From an uncultured Christensenellaceae bacterium (lineage in GTDB: Bacteria > Bacillota > Clostridia > Christensenellales > UBA1242), in the NCBI GenBank assembly GCA_910587225.1, contig CAJULT010000003.1, positions 13,855 to 77,854 on the forward strand: a stretch of DNA of 64,000 nucleotides, given 5' to 3'. The notes below the pieces were generated by a model that saw nothing but the letters and a program-made list of their open reading frames with translations, made no database searches and was not told the DNA's origin. Position 1 is the first letter of the stretch. Every line of letters begins with the position of its first letter. The position numbers and the translations under genes are program-made. Positions 52,838-61,528 of the stretch are shown here, one piece after another.

Positions 52838-53857
52838 TTATTTACCAGAAAATCCGTTTGGATTGTTTGATTGCCAATTCCAAGAGTCCTTGCACATACG
52901 TTTAATATCATATTTGGCCTTCCAGCCAAGTTCTTTTTTAGCTTTGTCGGCGCTTGCATAACAGGTATCAATATCTCCCGCGCGACGAGGCTTAATTGAA
53001 TAAGGGATTTTAATCTTGTTCGCTTTTTCGAAATTTGTAACTACATCTAATACGCTATAACCTTTCCCTGTACCAAGATTGTATACGCTAAGCCCGCTGC
53101 CTTTTTTGAGTTTTTTAAGAGCAAGCAAATGTCCTTTTGCAAGGTCAACCACATGAATATAGTCACGCACTCCTGTGCCGTCATGTGTCTTGTAATCATT
53201 TCCAAACACCCCAAGCTCTTCACGCTTGCCGACAGCCACCTGCGTAATGTATGGCATAAGGTTGTTAGGTATGCCATTTGGCTCTTCTCCGATAAGCCCG
53301 CTTGGATGAGCGCCGATAGGATTGAAGTAACGAAGCAGCACCACATTCCACTCTTTATCCGCTGCCTGCATGTCTGCCATAATTTGTTCAAGCATCCATT
53401 TTGTCCAGCCATAAGGGTTGCTGCACATCCCCTTTGGACACTCCTCGGTAATTGGTACAAAAGCAGGATTGCCATAAACAGTAGCTGAGGATGAGAAGAT
53501 TATGTTCTTCACATTATACTTAGTCATCACCCCAAGCAAAGTAAGCGTTCCTGTAATATTGTTCTCATAATACATCCAAGGCTTAGCAACAGACTCGCCG
53601 ACCGCTTTAAGCCCAGCAAAGTGAATCACCGCCTCTATATTTTCATTTTTAAAAACCTTTTCAAGCGCTGCTTTATTTCTAATATCAGCTTTGTAAAACT
53701 TTACCTGCTTGCCTGTAATCATTTTGATTCTCTCAAGCACAAGCTCGCTCGAATTTGATAGGTTGTCAAGTGCGACCACGTCATGCCCAGCCTCTAAAAG
53801 CTCAACAATGGTGTGGCTACCTATATATCCTGTTCCTCCAGTTACTAAAATTTTCAT
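52838..53857 (-). CDS. galE: UDP-glucose 4-epimerase
   Basis: Motifs [15 protein letters not shown] and YGWTK (YxxxK). SD AAGGAGG precedes ATG 53857. Confidence 0.9.
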   Translation of the reverse strand: MKILVTGGTGYIGSHTIVELLEAGHDVVALDNLSNSSELVLERIKMITGKQVKFYKADIRNKAALEKVFKNENIEAVIHFAGLKAVGESVAKPWMYYENNITGTLTLLGVMTKYNVKNIIFSSSATVYGNPAFVPITEECPKGMCSNPYGWTKWMLEQIMADMQAADKEWNVVLLRYFNPIGAHPSGLIGEEPNGIPNNLMPYITQVAVGKREELGVFGNDYKTHDGTGVRDYIHVVDLAKGHLLALKKLKKGSGLSVYNLGTGKGYSVLDVVTNFEKANKIKIPYSIKPRRAGDIDTCYASADKAKKELGWKAKYDIKRMCKDSWNWQSNNPNGFSGK

Positions 53858-53933
53858 AAAATCCTCCTTTCTCATATTCTACTAAATTAAAAAAATAAAG
53901 TAAACAAAAAACAGGCGTCGCCTGTTTTTGTTT

Positions 53934-54557
53934 TTAGCATTTTGTAATAGTGAACACAATATCAGTTCCATTTTGTGAGATAACTACCTCAAAACCCGGA
54001 TACTGAAATTCGCTTTCCATTTCCTTCATCTCTTCATAACTACCATATTCTAACAATTGCGAGTCTAGTGTAAGCACACGACACCCTTCACCTTCCGTTT
54101 CTACAAAATTAGAAGCCGTTGCCGAAGAAACCGACTCTGCCATGTCATATATATTTTGTATTGCGTCAGTATAGTCTACCTCTATCGGTTTATTATCTTC
54201 TGGCGGTGGTGGCACAGGTTTACTATCCTCTTCTCTTTTATCTGTGATAACTATTTGAGTTAAATTATCTTTCTCTATAACTTCATAACTGAAATTTTTG
54301 CTTGCAAAGAAGTCATCTAAACTAACTGCTAAAAAATCGCTATCGTGAATCTTAGCTGAGTCCATAGATATAGTAGCACTATTTTCTTCAAATGTTGTTG
54401 TAAAAGTTGTATCGCTTTCTACGTGACCATCAACTATCAACATACTTTCAACTTCATCTACTATTTCTTTAAATCTATTTTCTTTTGGCATGCAGCCAGT
54501 AAGTGCTATTATTAAACATGATAAAAGACTTATTAATGCCAACGATAACTTTTTCAT
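53934..54557 (-). CDS. Hypothetical lipoprotein (207 aa)
   Basis: Lipobox IALTGC and a proline-rich linker PVPPPPEDNKP. Confidence 0.7.
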   Translation of the reverse strand: MKKLSLALISLLSCLIIALTGCMPKENRFKEIVDEVESMLIVDGHVESDTTFTTTFEENSATISMDSAKIHDSDFLAVSLDDFFASKNFSYEVIEKDNLTQIVITDKREEDSKPVPPPPEDNKPIEVDYTDAIQNIYDMAESVSSATASNFVETEGEGCRVLTLDSQLLEYGSYEEMKEMESEFQYPGFEVVISQNGTDIVFTITKC

Positions 54558-54721
54558 AAATACTCCTTTTTGACGATTTAAAGAGTATCATTTTATTTCG
54601 ACATTAACAAATCTTTTTCGACCATTTTTTTGCTTTTCTTAACATTTCTTAATCTTTTTTCGCTTTTTGACGCACTTATGACGGCAAATTAAGGCAACCT
54701 ATGAGTTTTCAGGTAATTTTT

Positions 54722-55474
54722 TTAAGCTTTATTAATAAACTCACATAAGACATTATTAAACCTTTTGTAATGCACAGGTGGAATATTATGTTTCGCCTTC
54801 TTCCATATTTCCACCCTGCAATTCTTATTACACTGACCAAGAAGAGTAACTGAACGTTTCACCTCTTCTCCTTCTTTCTCGCCTGCTATGGCAAGCATTG
54901 GAATTTCGGTATTAGCAAAACCCTTTATGGTTTCAAAACAAATTTTATTATCAACTGAGTTTATGATGGTTTCTTCTTGAACATTTTGCATTTGCCCCAC
55001 AAACTCTTTGCGCTGTTTAGCTGGAAGCCCGTTCATAAGCCCAATGATTTTACATAAATTCTTATTTTTCATCGTTTTCAATTGTTTCAAAGTTTGCCTC
55101 TGGCATAGCTGCAAAACATTCTCATCTTTCAAAATAAGCGGACTTACTATAATTGCACCGTTTAACAAAGAGGAATATTCTGCCACAATTTTACAAGCGA
55201 GCTGCGCCCCCAAAGAAAAACCAACCAAGGTCACCTTTTGATTAAAACTTCGTATTAATTCAATTATCTGCGCAACCGCTTTTTCGGCTTCAAAAACAGA
55301 CTCGGTATTATTGCCATAACCCATAATGTGAGGAACAATAATTTGATACCTGTCCGAAAGTAGATACTGCCTACCAAAAGTATGCACGAAAAAAGCCCCG
55401 TGTAAAAACACGATTATAGGTTTATCTTCATCGCCGTATTTTTCATAACACATCAGTTTATTTTTATTTTCCAT
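54722..55474 (-). CDS. Alpha/beta hydrolase
   Basis: 250 aa. HG oxyanion motif (FLHGAF) and nucleophile elbow GFSLGA. Confidence 0.8.
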   Translation of the reverse strand: MENKNKLMCYEKYGDEDKPIIVFLHGAFFVHTFGRQYLLSDRYQIIVPHIMGYGNNTESVFEAEKAVAQIIELIRSFNQKVTLVGFSLGAQLACKIVAEYSSLLNGAIIVSPLILKDENVLQLCQRQTLKQLKTMKNKNLCKIIGLMNGLPAKQRKEFVGQMQNVQEETIINSVDNKICFETIKGFANTEIPMLAIAGEKEGEEVKRSVTLLGQCNKNCRVEIWKKAKHNIPPVHYKRFNNVLCEFINKA

Positions 55475-55546
55475 AAAAATATTATAGCAAAATATTATTT
55501 TAAAATCAACTTAGCAAACATAGTCACAAACAATTCAGTTTTATTG

Positions 55547-55930
55547 TTAAGCTATTTCGCTCTTCCATAGCCCATGCAAGTTGCAATATTCGTATACAGC
55601 TTTTAATTTTTGCTCGCCTATGTAGATTTTAACTTTTGGCGACATGCCGGGAAGTAAACTTACAATAGAGTAGCCCTTGTCTGTTTCCGCCACTATAAAA
55701 TTAATGTAATGAGCCTCTTCCATAGGATGAGCAATACTGCCAACATTAACTTCAATTATGTCATTATTTACAGTAACAATAGGTAAATGTTTCTCGGTAG
55801 AGGCTTCTAAAGTATTTGCCTTTATTTCTTCCATTTTTACGCCACAACAAAAAACTGGGACATTTTTTTCAACCAATTTAACAACGACATTGCCACAATG
55901 CTGGCATTTAAAAAATTTTAATTCTTTCAT
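55547..55930 (-). CDS. dfx: Desulfoferrodoxin (superoxide reductase)
   Basis: 127 aa counted from MKELKFFKCQHCG (SD AGGAGA). Has the Cys-rich desulforedoxin-like N-terminal region (CQHCG...FCCG) and the HPMEEAHYI...CNLHGLW centre II. Confidence 0.9.
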   Translation of the reverse strand: MKELKFFKCQHCGNVVVKLVEKNVPVFCCGVKMEEIKANTLEASTEKHLPIVTVNNDIIEVNVGSIAHPMEEAHYINFIVAETDKGYSIVSLLPGMSPKVKIYIGEQKLKAVYEYCNLHGLWKSEIA

Positions 55931-55976
55931 AAATTTTCTCCTCATATCTAAATTTGTTTTAAGGGTTAACCAACTT

Positions 55977-56774
55977 TCAGTCATCATATAATTCGATTTC
56001 ATAATTGTCGGGATCAATCTTGTAATGTGATTTTTCATAGTTGTAAAGCTTTTCCAAATTCTGATACATGACTTGACTATCATTGCATTCAATGCAAGTT
56101 GTATACAGTTTAACAAAATTAGTGTCAGGCTTTAAGTTTCCCGTAGCTTTTCCAACATATCTATCATAATATTTTGAATCGGTATACACTTTATACGCTT
56201 TTACAAAAGGTATATCAGCTTCTCCCGATCGTTTTGAATGAAGACGTCTAATCATTTCAAGAATGTTGTAATAAACCATATTAAATTCTTTCCCGTTTCT
56301 ATCCAAAATGTTTCTTAAACTTGCCATCCTATTTGAAATTTGAACTATTTGTAAATCATAATTTGTTTTAGGCGATTTATGGTTTTCTGTATAAAACGTG
56401 TTATCAGCATTTAAAATATTTTTTACGAAATCGCATCTGTCATACAGAATTATTCCATTTTGATTTAGTGCAATATGAGATGGGCAGTTACTATGAGTGA
56501 ATTTAACCGCATCTGATAAAAATTTCTCTATAGGCTTAATAAAGTATTCTATTTTTTGCCCTTCAACATGTTTAACTCCCCTAATAGTTTTATCGGCGTA
56601 ATTTAAAAGAATAAGAACATCAACATCAGAGTTTTTGTCTATGTAACCTGTCGTAGAACTACCATACACAACAACTCCCAACAAATTATCTTTATCTAAA
56701 ATGTTTGGATAAATTTGCTCTTCTAAAAATTTTAATACAATTTGTTTAATTTTTGGATTCAACTCTTTTTCCAT
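55977..56774 (-). CDS. Nucleotidyltransferase-domain protein (aminoglycoside/lincosamide NTase-like)
   Basis: 265 aa. Pol-beta-type motif VVYGSSTTGYIDKNSDVDVLILL plus a helical C-terminal domain. Confidence 0.65.
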   Translation of the reverse strand: MEKELNPKIKQIVLKFLEEQIYPNILDKDNLLGVVVYGSSTTGYIDKNSDVDVLILLNYADKTIRGVKHVEGQKIEYFIKPIEKFLSDAVKFTHSNCPSHIALNQNGIILYDRCDFVKNILNADNTFYTENHKSPKTNYDLQIVQISNRMASLRNILDRNGKEFNMVYYNILEMIRRLHSKRSGEADIPFVKAYKVYTDSKYYDRYVGKATGNLKPDTNFVKLYTTCIECNDSQVMYQNLEKLYNYEKSHYKIDPDNYEIELYDD

Positions 56775-56834
56775 ACCAACTCCAATTATATTATACCTCT
56801 TTTTGAATAGAAAACAAGACCTTATTTTAATAAA

Positions 56835-57443
56835 TTAAAGCTTTTTCATGAGTATATTATAATCAACAATAATCTTCTCTGAATCTTGAAAATGTTTCAA
56901 TGTCTTATCGGCATTCTGTTTCCCAGTTTTGCAAAAGAATGGTTGATTTGATAAACTTATAAAATCTTGTTTGTCTACGGGCTTTTCATATTTGCAATAA
57001 ATTTCAAATCCGCTATTTTCACAAGATTTAATGCTGGCAATATTATTTTTGTGCACTTTTGCAAAAGCCCATTTATACCCATCTTTTTTTATCTTGTCTA
57101 ATAGATAACAAACCATTTCTTGCATAATTTTATTTCCACGATAATCTGTATGTACAATATTAAAAGCTATTTCAACAAGTTTTGTTAAATCGCAATCTTT
57201 AGGAAATTCAATTTTATCTAACAATTTACCGCATTTGTAATCTAAAGAACTTACACCTACTAATTTTTCATCAATAAATGCCCCTATTATGTAAAATCTC
57301 GGATTAGCTATTATTCCGGCTACATTTTCAGCATCATATGGCATAGGAGTAAACCATTCCAAATTGCCAAGATTAGAATACATATTTACAATTAAATTAC
57401 AAAATTGCTCAGCATCCTTTATTTCAAGTTTTCTAATTTCCAT
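56835..57443 (-). CDS. GNAT-family N-acetyltransferase
   Basis: 202 aa. Acetyl-CoA motif A-like VHTDYRGNKIMQEM. Confidence 0.75.
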   Translation of the reverse strand: MEIRKLEIKDAEQFCNLIVNMYSNLGNLEWFTPMPYDAENVAGIIANPRFYIIGAFIDEKLVGVSSLDYKCGKLLDKIEFPKDCDLTKLVEIAFNIVHTDYRGNKIMQEMVCYLLDKIKKDGYKWAFAKVHKNNIASIKSCENSGFEIYCKYEKPVDKQDFISLSNQPFFCKTGKQNADKTLKHFQDSEKIIVDYNILMKKL

Positions 57444-57530
57444 ACTTCCCCCTAGCTAGATTATACTACTAAACAAAAAAGTTTCCAATCGTTACTTAAC
57501 AAAAAATAAGCTTTATCACTTTCATTAAAA

Positions 57531-58082
57531 TTATATATAGCTTTTTAAATTTTCAAATATCGGAATATTTTCTTTATAGCCTTTTGGATTCAAAGGACTT
57601 GGATGATAAATCGGGATAAGCAAATATTGTTTATTGCACATTATAACATCAAAGTTTTTACCAACATAATCTGCAAACTTTTTTATCTTTGTTTTTAATA
57701 ATGCTTGCGTGGGGTGTAAACCCATTGTTATTATAATTTTGCATGGTAGTAAATTTAACTGCTCTTCAAGGATAGGCAGACAGTTTTGAGAACATTTTTC
57801 TAGTTTCTTTCTATCTTCGATAATGCACTTGCAGCATTCTGTAAAATAAATATCAGAAATTGAAAGCCCAATATTGTTTAATAGTTTTTCCAACACTCTT
57901 CCACTGCCCTGCAATTTACCAGTGGTATTGTAGAAAGCTTTTTTAGAATTTATCCAACCATCTTTTGCAGGACTTTCACCAATAAAGATAAAAGGTGTTG
58001 TTCCAAGCTGAACACTATTTTCTATCAACTTGGGCAACGAACCACACTTATTGCAAAGTTCAATTTTTGTATTTATTTCCAT
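57531..58082 (-). CDS. Uracil-DNA glycosylase superfamily protein (family 4/5-like)
   Basis: 183 aa. N-terminal C..C, GESPAKDG (compare GEAPG) and C-terminal HPSPLN. Confidence 0.65.
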   Translation of the reverse strand: MEINTKIELCNKCGSLPKLIENSVQLGTTPFIFIGESPAKDGWINSKKAFYNTTGKLQGSGRVLEKLLNNIGLSISDIYFTECCKCIIEDRKKLEKCSQNCLPILEEQLNLLPCKIIITMGLHPTQALLKTKIKKFADYVGKNFDVIMCNKQYLLIPIYHPSPLNPKGYKENIPIFENLKSYI

Positions 58083-58151
58083 GCTTTATATTCTATCATA
58101 AATATTGAATTTTTGTATCACTATTTAAATAAAAAAATCAAATTTGTCACA

Positions 58152-58175
58152 GAGACAAATTTGAAACTAATGTTG
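58152..58175. repeat. 24-nt direct repeat, copy 1
   Basis: GAGACAAATTTGAAACTAATGTTG, identical to 59064-59087. Confidence 0.9.
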
Positions 58176-58224
58176 TCTTTATTTACACAAATATTTATTT
58201 AGTTAACATTCTCAATTGATAGAT

Positions 58225-58998
58225 TTATAAATTGCAATTAAGTTCTTCTTCAAGCGGAAACTCAAACCTAACACTTGAGCCCTCTCCGTTTTTTAAATCT
58301 GCAATATATTTAGTGGCATAAGGAAGAAGCTTTTCTAAAGCATCTATAGGTAGTGTAACAAAAATATGTCCGTTTTCATCTTGTGAATCGGCAATGAAAT
58401 ATACAGTGCCTTGTGATTTACTTTCCCACATCAAGTTAATAATGTGAGATTTGTTGTTCATTAAACCTTTAACAATTTCGATTTTATATTCGCAATCGGA
58501 ATTCTTTTTCAAAGTTTTAATGCTTGCCATTTTATCTTGTAGCATCTTAAAAAATGCTTCTCTGGTGTCATCAATTTTTCTCCAATCTTTCACCGCTCCC
58601 TTAAACTCAAAGGAAAGCAATAGTTCGTTTTTATTATTTATATTATTTCTACAATTAATCTCAACATCATCAACATATTCTTCTTTAATTTGTTTAATTA
58701 AGGTTATCAAATCTTGACTAAGCATATTCCTAGCAATAATTGTCACATAGGGTACACAATTTTTGGTTGCCTGAGAATGTGCTTCCTTTGGATTGCTATG
58801 TCCACCACAACAAGCAATAGTGTCAATACCTCGTGACCACAAAGAAAGCAAAAGATTTTTTAATGCGATAGATCTTTCGCTAAACCCTTCTGCAAGCATA
58901 TCAAGATTTTTTGGGTTTTTAGTTTTTACTGTATCAAACATTTTTAAGTCACTAAATCTTCCATCGTTAAGTTGCATCTCTAATAATTCACTTATCAT
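58225..58998 (-). CDS. Hypothetical protein (257 aa)
   Basis: ORF bracketed by the 24-nt direct repeats. No recognisable motifs. Confidence 0.6.
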   Translation of the reverse strand: MISELLEMQLNDGRFSDLKMFDTVKTKNPKNLDMLAEGFSERSIALKNLLLSLWSRGIDTIACCGGHSNPKEAHSQATKNCVPYVTIIARNMLSQDLITLIKQIKEEYVDDVEINCRNNINNKNELLLSFEFKGAVKDWRKIDDTREAFFKMLQDKMASIKTLKKNSDCEYKIEIVKGLMNNKSHIINLMWESKSQGTVYFIADSQDENGHIFVTLPIDALEKLLPYATKYIADLKNGEGSSVRFEFPLEEELNCNL

Positions 58999-59063
58999 CT
59001 TTTTTCTCCCTTATAAGTATATCACAAAATAAAAAAGTTTCAAACCGTTTTGCCAAAGTAGGC

Positions 59064-59087
59064 GAGACAAATTTGAAACTAATGTTG
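59064..59087. repeat. 24-nt direct repeat, copy 2 (overlaps the last 2 nt of tRNA-Ser)
   Basis: Identical to 58152-58175 and abuts the CCA end of the tRNA. Confidence 0.9.
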
Positions 59088-59174
59088 GCGGAGAGAAAGG
59101 GATTCGAACCCCTGGAAGCTGTTAACTTCAACGGTTTTCAAGACCGCCGCTTTCGACCGCTCAGCCATCTCTCC
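59086..59174 (-). tRNA. tRNA-Ser (anticodon TGA)
   Basis: The reverse complement reads GGAGAGATGGCTGAGCGGTCGAAAGCGGCGGTCTTGAAAACCGT..(long variable arm)..GGGGTTCGAATCCCTTTCTCTCCGCCA. Anticodon loop is CTTGAAA; length 89 nt. Confidence 0.9.
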
Positions 59175-59256
59175 ATTTAAAAATAGGCACATGATTAATC
59201 ATGCAAGCCTATTATACACAATACTTTTATTTTTTTCAAGCGTTTTTTAAAATTTT

Positions 59257-59676
59257 TTAGCTTTCTTTTGGTTTATCTTTATCAGCGCCGCTTTCGCCAT
59301 CTTCGCTAAACTTAGCTCGCGTCTCTCTGGCTATCTTATCCGACAAGATTGAAATCAGCTCTCCATTAGTCAACTTATATGCCGCATTACAAATTTCTAT
59401 ACCAAAAATGCGGTTTAAGTTTTGTAGTGAATCCCTATTATATGCAACCTCAATTGCATGACGGATACTTCTCTCCACTACCGAAGCCGTTGCATCATAC
59501 ATCTCTCCAACAAGTGGATAAAGTCTGGCAGTCATCTTATCTAAGAGTGACTGGTCTTTCACCGCCTCCATAATAGCAAACCTTAAAAATCTGAAACCTT
59601 GCACGTTGCTTGGAATGCCAAGTTCAAGCATCATATTAGTTGTTTGTGTTTCGACAAATATTTCTTTTTTATTCAT
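59257..59676 (-). CDS. Stand-alone Spo0A C-terminal (DNA-binding effector) domain protein
   Basis: 139 aa. FRFLRFAIMEAV...LYPLVGEMYDATASVVERSIRHAIEVAYNR matches the Spo0A_C signature (..TASRVERAIRHAIEVAW..). There is no receiver domain. SD AGGAGGA. Confidence 0.8.
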   Translation of the reverse strand: MNKKEIFVETQTTNMMLELGIPSNVQGFRFLRFAIMEAVKDQSLLDKMTARLYPLVGEMYDATASVVERSIRHAIEVAYNRDSLQNLNRIFGIEICNAAYKLTNGELISILSDKIARETRAKFSEDGESGADKDKPKES

Positions 59677-59886
59677 AATTCCTCCTATGACGGAAATAAT
59701 TCTACAACATATACGATTATTTGTAAAGCGTTTTTCGCAAATTATTTAAAAAATTTTTGATTTTTGAAAAATTATTTACAAAATTCGACGTTCCCCGAAC
59801 TTTTTCGACCTTTTTAGAACATGAAGCGCTTTTAGCTTATGAAATTTGCGGCCTTTGAACAAAAATAAAAGCGGGTTGAAACCCGC

Positions 59887-60735
59887 TTAGTTAGCAAAAA
59901 ATGCAACTGCTATAGCACCCGGCCCAGCATGAGTACCTATCGTACTTCCTATAAGATAAGCTGGAACAGTTTCGGTATTCCCCTCCCAAAGTCCTTTGCT
60001 ATCTTCAAGATACTTTTGTAAAAGCTCATCACTGAGCCCAGAATATGCTACCGCAAAAGGCATGCTAAAATCAATTCCTCCACTTTTTTGCACAAGCTGA
60101 ATTAAAAGGTTGTTTCCTTTTTTAGATCCAATAGCTTTACCTATTAATTTAACCTCGCCATCTTCTATACTTATGACAGGTTTAACATTAAGCAGACCTC
60201 CCGCAATTGCTGTAAGCGTTGATATTCGTCCACCCTTTTGTAGATACTTTAAAGTATTGACAAGTGCAAGAAGTTTGATTTTATCCTTTTGGTTATTTAA
60301 GAGCTTAGCAATCTCTTCAACCGACTTACCCTCTTTTGCTAAGGATATGGCATATTGAATTAAAATTCGCTCACCAATGGTAACATTCTTGCTATCTACG
60401 ACTACCACATTATTTCCATATTTTTTTGCTGCTGCTTTTGCCGAGTTGTAAGTTCCGCTAAGTTTAGAAGACATAGTGATGCATAACACCTGTTTCCCTT
60501 CCTTTACCAATTTATCAAATACTTCATCAAATCTATATTCGTTAATTTGGCTAGTTTTTGGAAACTCATCCGTTTCTACTAGTTTTTCAAAAAACTCTCT
60601 AGAGTTCAGTGTCACTCCGTCCAAATATTGTTCTTCCCCGAAAGTAATCTCCATAGGAATCATTATAAGCCCTAATTTGTCAGCCTCTTGTTTATTTATA
60701 TCGCTCGCTGAATCGATAACAATTTGCAATTTCAT
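59887..60735 (-). CDS. DegV family fatty-acid-binding protein (FakB-like)
   Basis: 282 aa. Motifs LQIVIDSASDI and QKGGRIS. Confidence 0.85.
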   Translation of the reverse strand: MKLQIVIDSASDINKQEADKLGLIMIPMEITFGEEQYLDGVTLNSREFFEKLVETDEFPKTSQINEYRFDEVFDKLVKEGKQVLCITMSSKLSGTYNSAKAAAKKYGNNVVVVDSKNVTIGERILIQYAISLAKEGKSVEEIAKLLNNQKDKIKLLALVNTLKYLQKGGRISTLTAIAGGLLNVKPVISIEDGEVKLIGKAIGSKKGNNLLIQLVQKSGGIDFSMPFAVAYSGLSDELLQKYLEDSKGLWEGNTETVPAYLIGSTIGTHAGPGAIAVAFFAN

Positions 60736-60860
60736 ATTTTCTCCTTTTAACTAGCGTGATTATATCAAATATCAAAAACTTTGTCAACGGTTTTTTAATA
60801 TCTTATGAATAAGTGTTGTTTAACTTGACAGATTATCTTTAAATATGATATATTTTTAAT

Positions 60861-61352
60861 ATGGAAACTAATAAACAGCAAGTGCAAAGCACAATTAAGA
60901 ATTTTAAATTGCCAAGTTTTTCTCAGCTGCCAAGTATGGGATTATTTTTGGAACAAACTGTAAAATATATAAACTCCGCTCTTGCGCCTTTAGAGCTTTT
61001 TCAGATTACACCAGCGATGATTAGCAATTATGTCAAGATGAATATTATTTCTTCGACAACAGGAAAAACCTATAACAGGGAACAGATTGCTTATCTTATA
61101 TATATAACTATATTTAAAAATGTTATATCCTTAAATGAAATTACTGCAATGTTTGAACTTCAAAAGCAGGAGTATTCAATTGAGGTTGCCTACGATTATC
61201 TAGTTATGGAACTTGATAATGCCCTTCAATATGTTTTTGAAAATAAAAAAAGTTTAAGTTATGTAGGCGGCCCTTTGACTGAGCCTAAGAAGCTGTTAAA
61301 AAACGCGATACTTTCTTTGGCTTACAAAATTTATGTGGTTAAATATCTTTAA
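60861..61352 (+). CDS. DUF1836-like protein (commonly paired with degV)
   Basis: 163 aa. Pattern LPSMGLFLEQTVKYIN...ITPAMISNYVKMNII. Divergent from degV. The promoter sits 6 nt from the ATG and no SD is present. Confidence 0.6.
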   Translation: METNKQQVQSTIKNFKLPSFSQLPSMGLFLEQTVKYINSALAPLELFQITPAMISNYVKMNIISSTTGKTYNREQIAYLIYITIFKNVISLNEITAMFELQKQEYSIEVAYDYLVMELDNALQYVFENKKSLSYVGGPLTEPKKLLKNAILSLAYKIYVVKYL

Positions 61353-61528
61353 GAGGGGCTACCCTCTTTTTTTATTTCATGGTTATTTTTAAATTAAAAT
61401 TATTTTGAAATTTTGTATTATAATGTTATATTATGTCTATGAAAACGAAACGCGAAAAGAAAGACAATATTTTAAAACGCTAGGCAGTTTTATGTCAGCC
61501 CGATAAAAAACTTTGGTTTTTTCAAACC

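Noticed and set aside
55931-56116. 62-codon N-terminal extension of the desulfoferrodoxin ORF
   Set aside because: It overlaps the 3' end of the nucleotidyltransferase gene. A strong SD (AGGAGA) precedes the internal ATG at 55930, which gives a canonical 127-aa Dfx.
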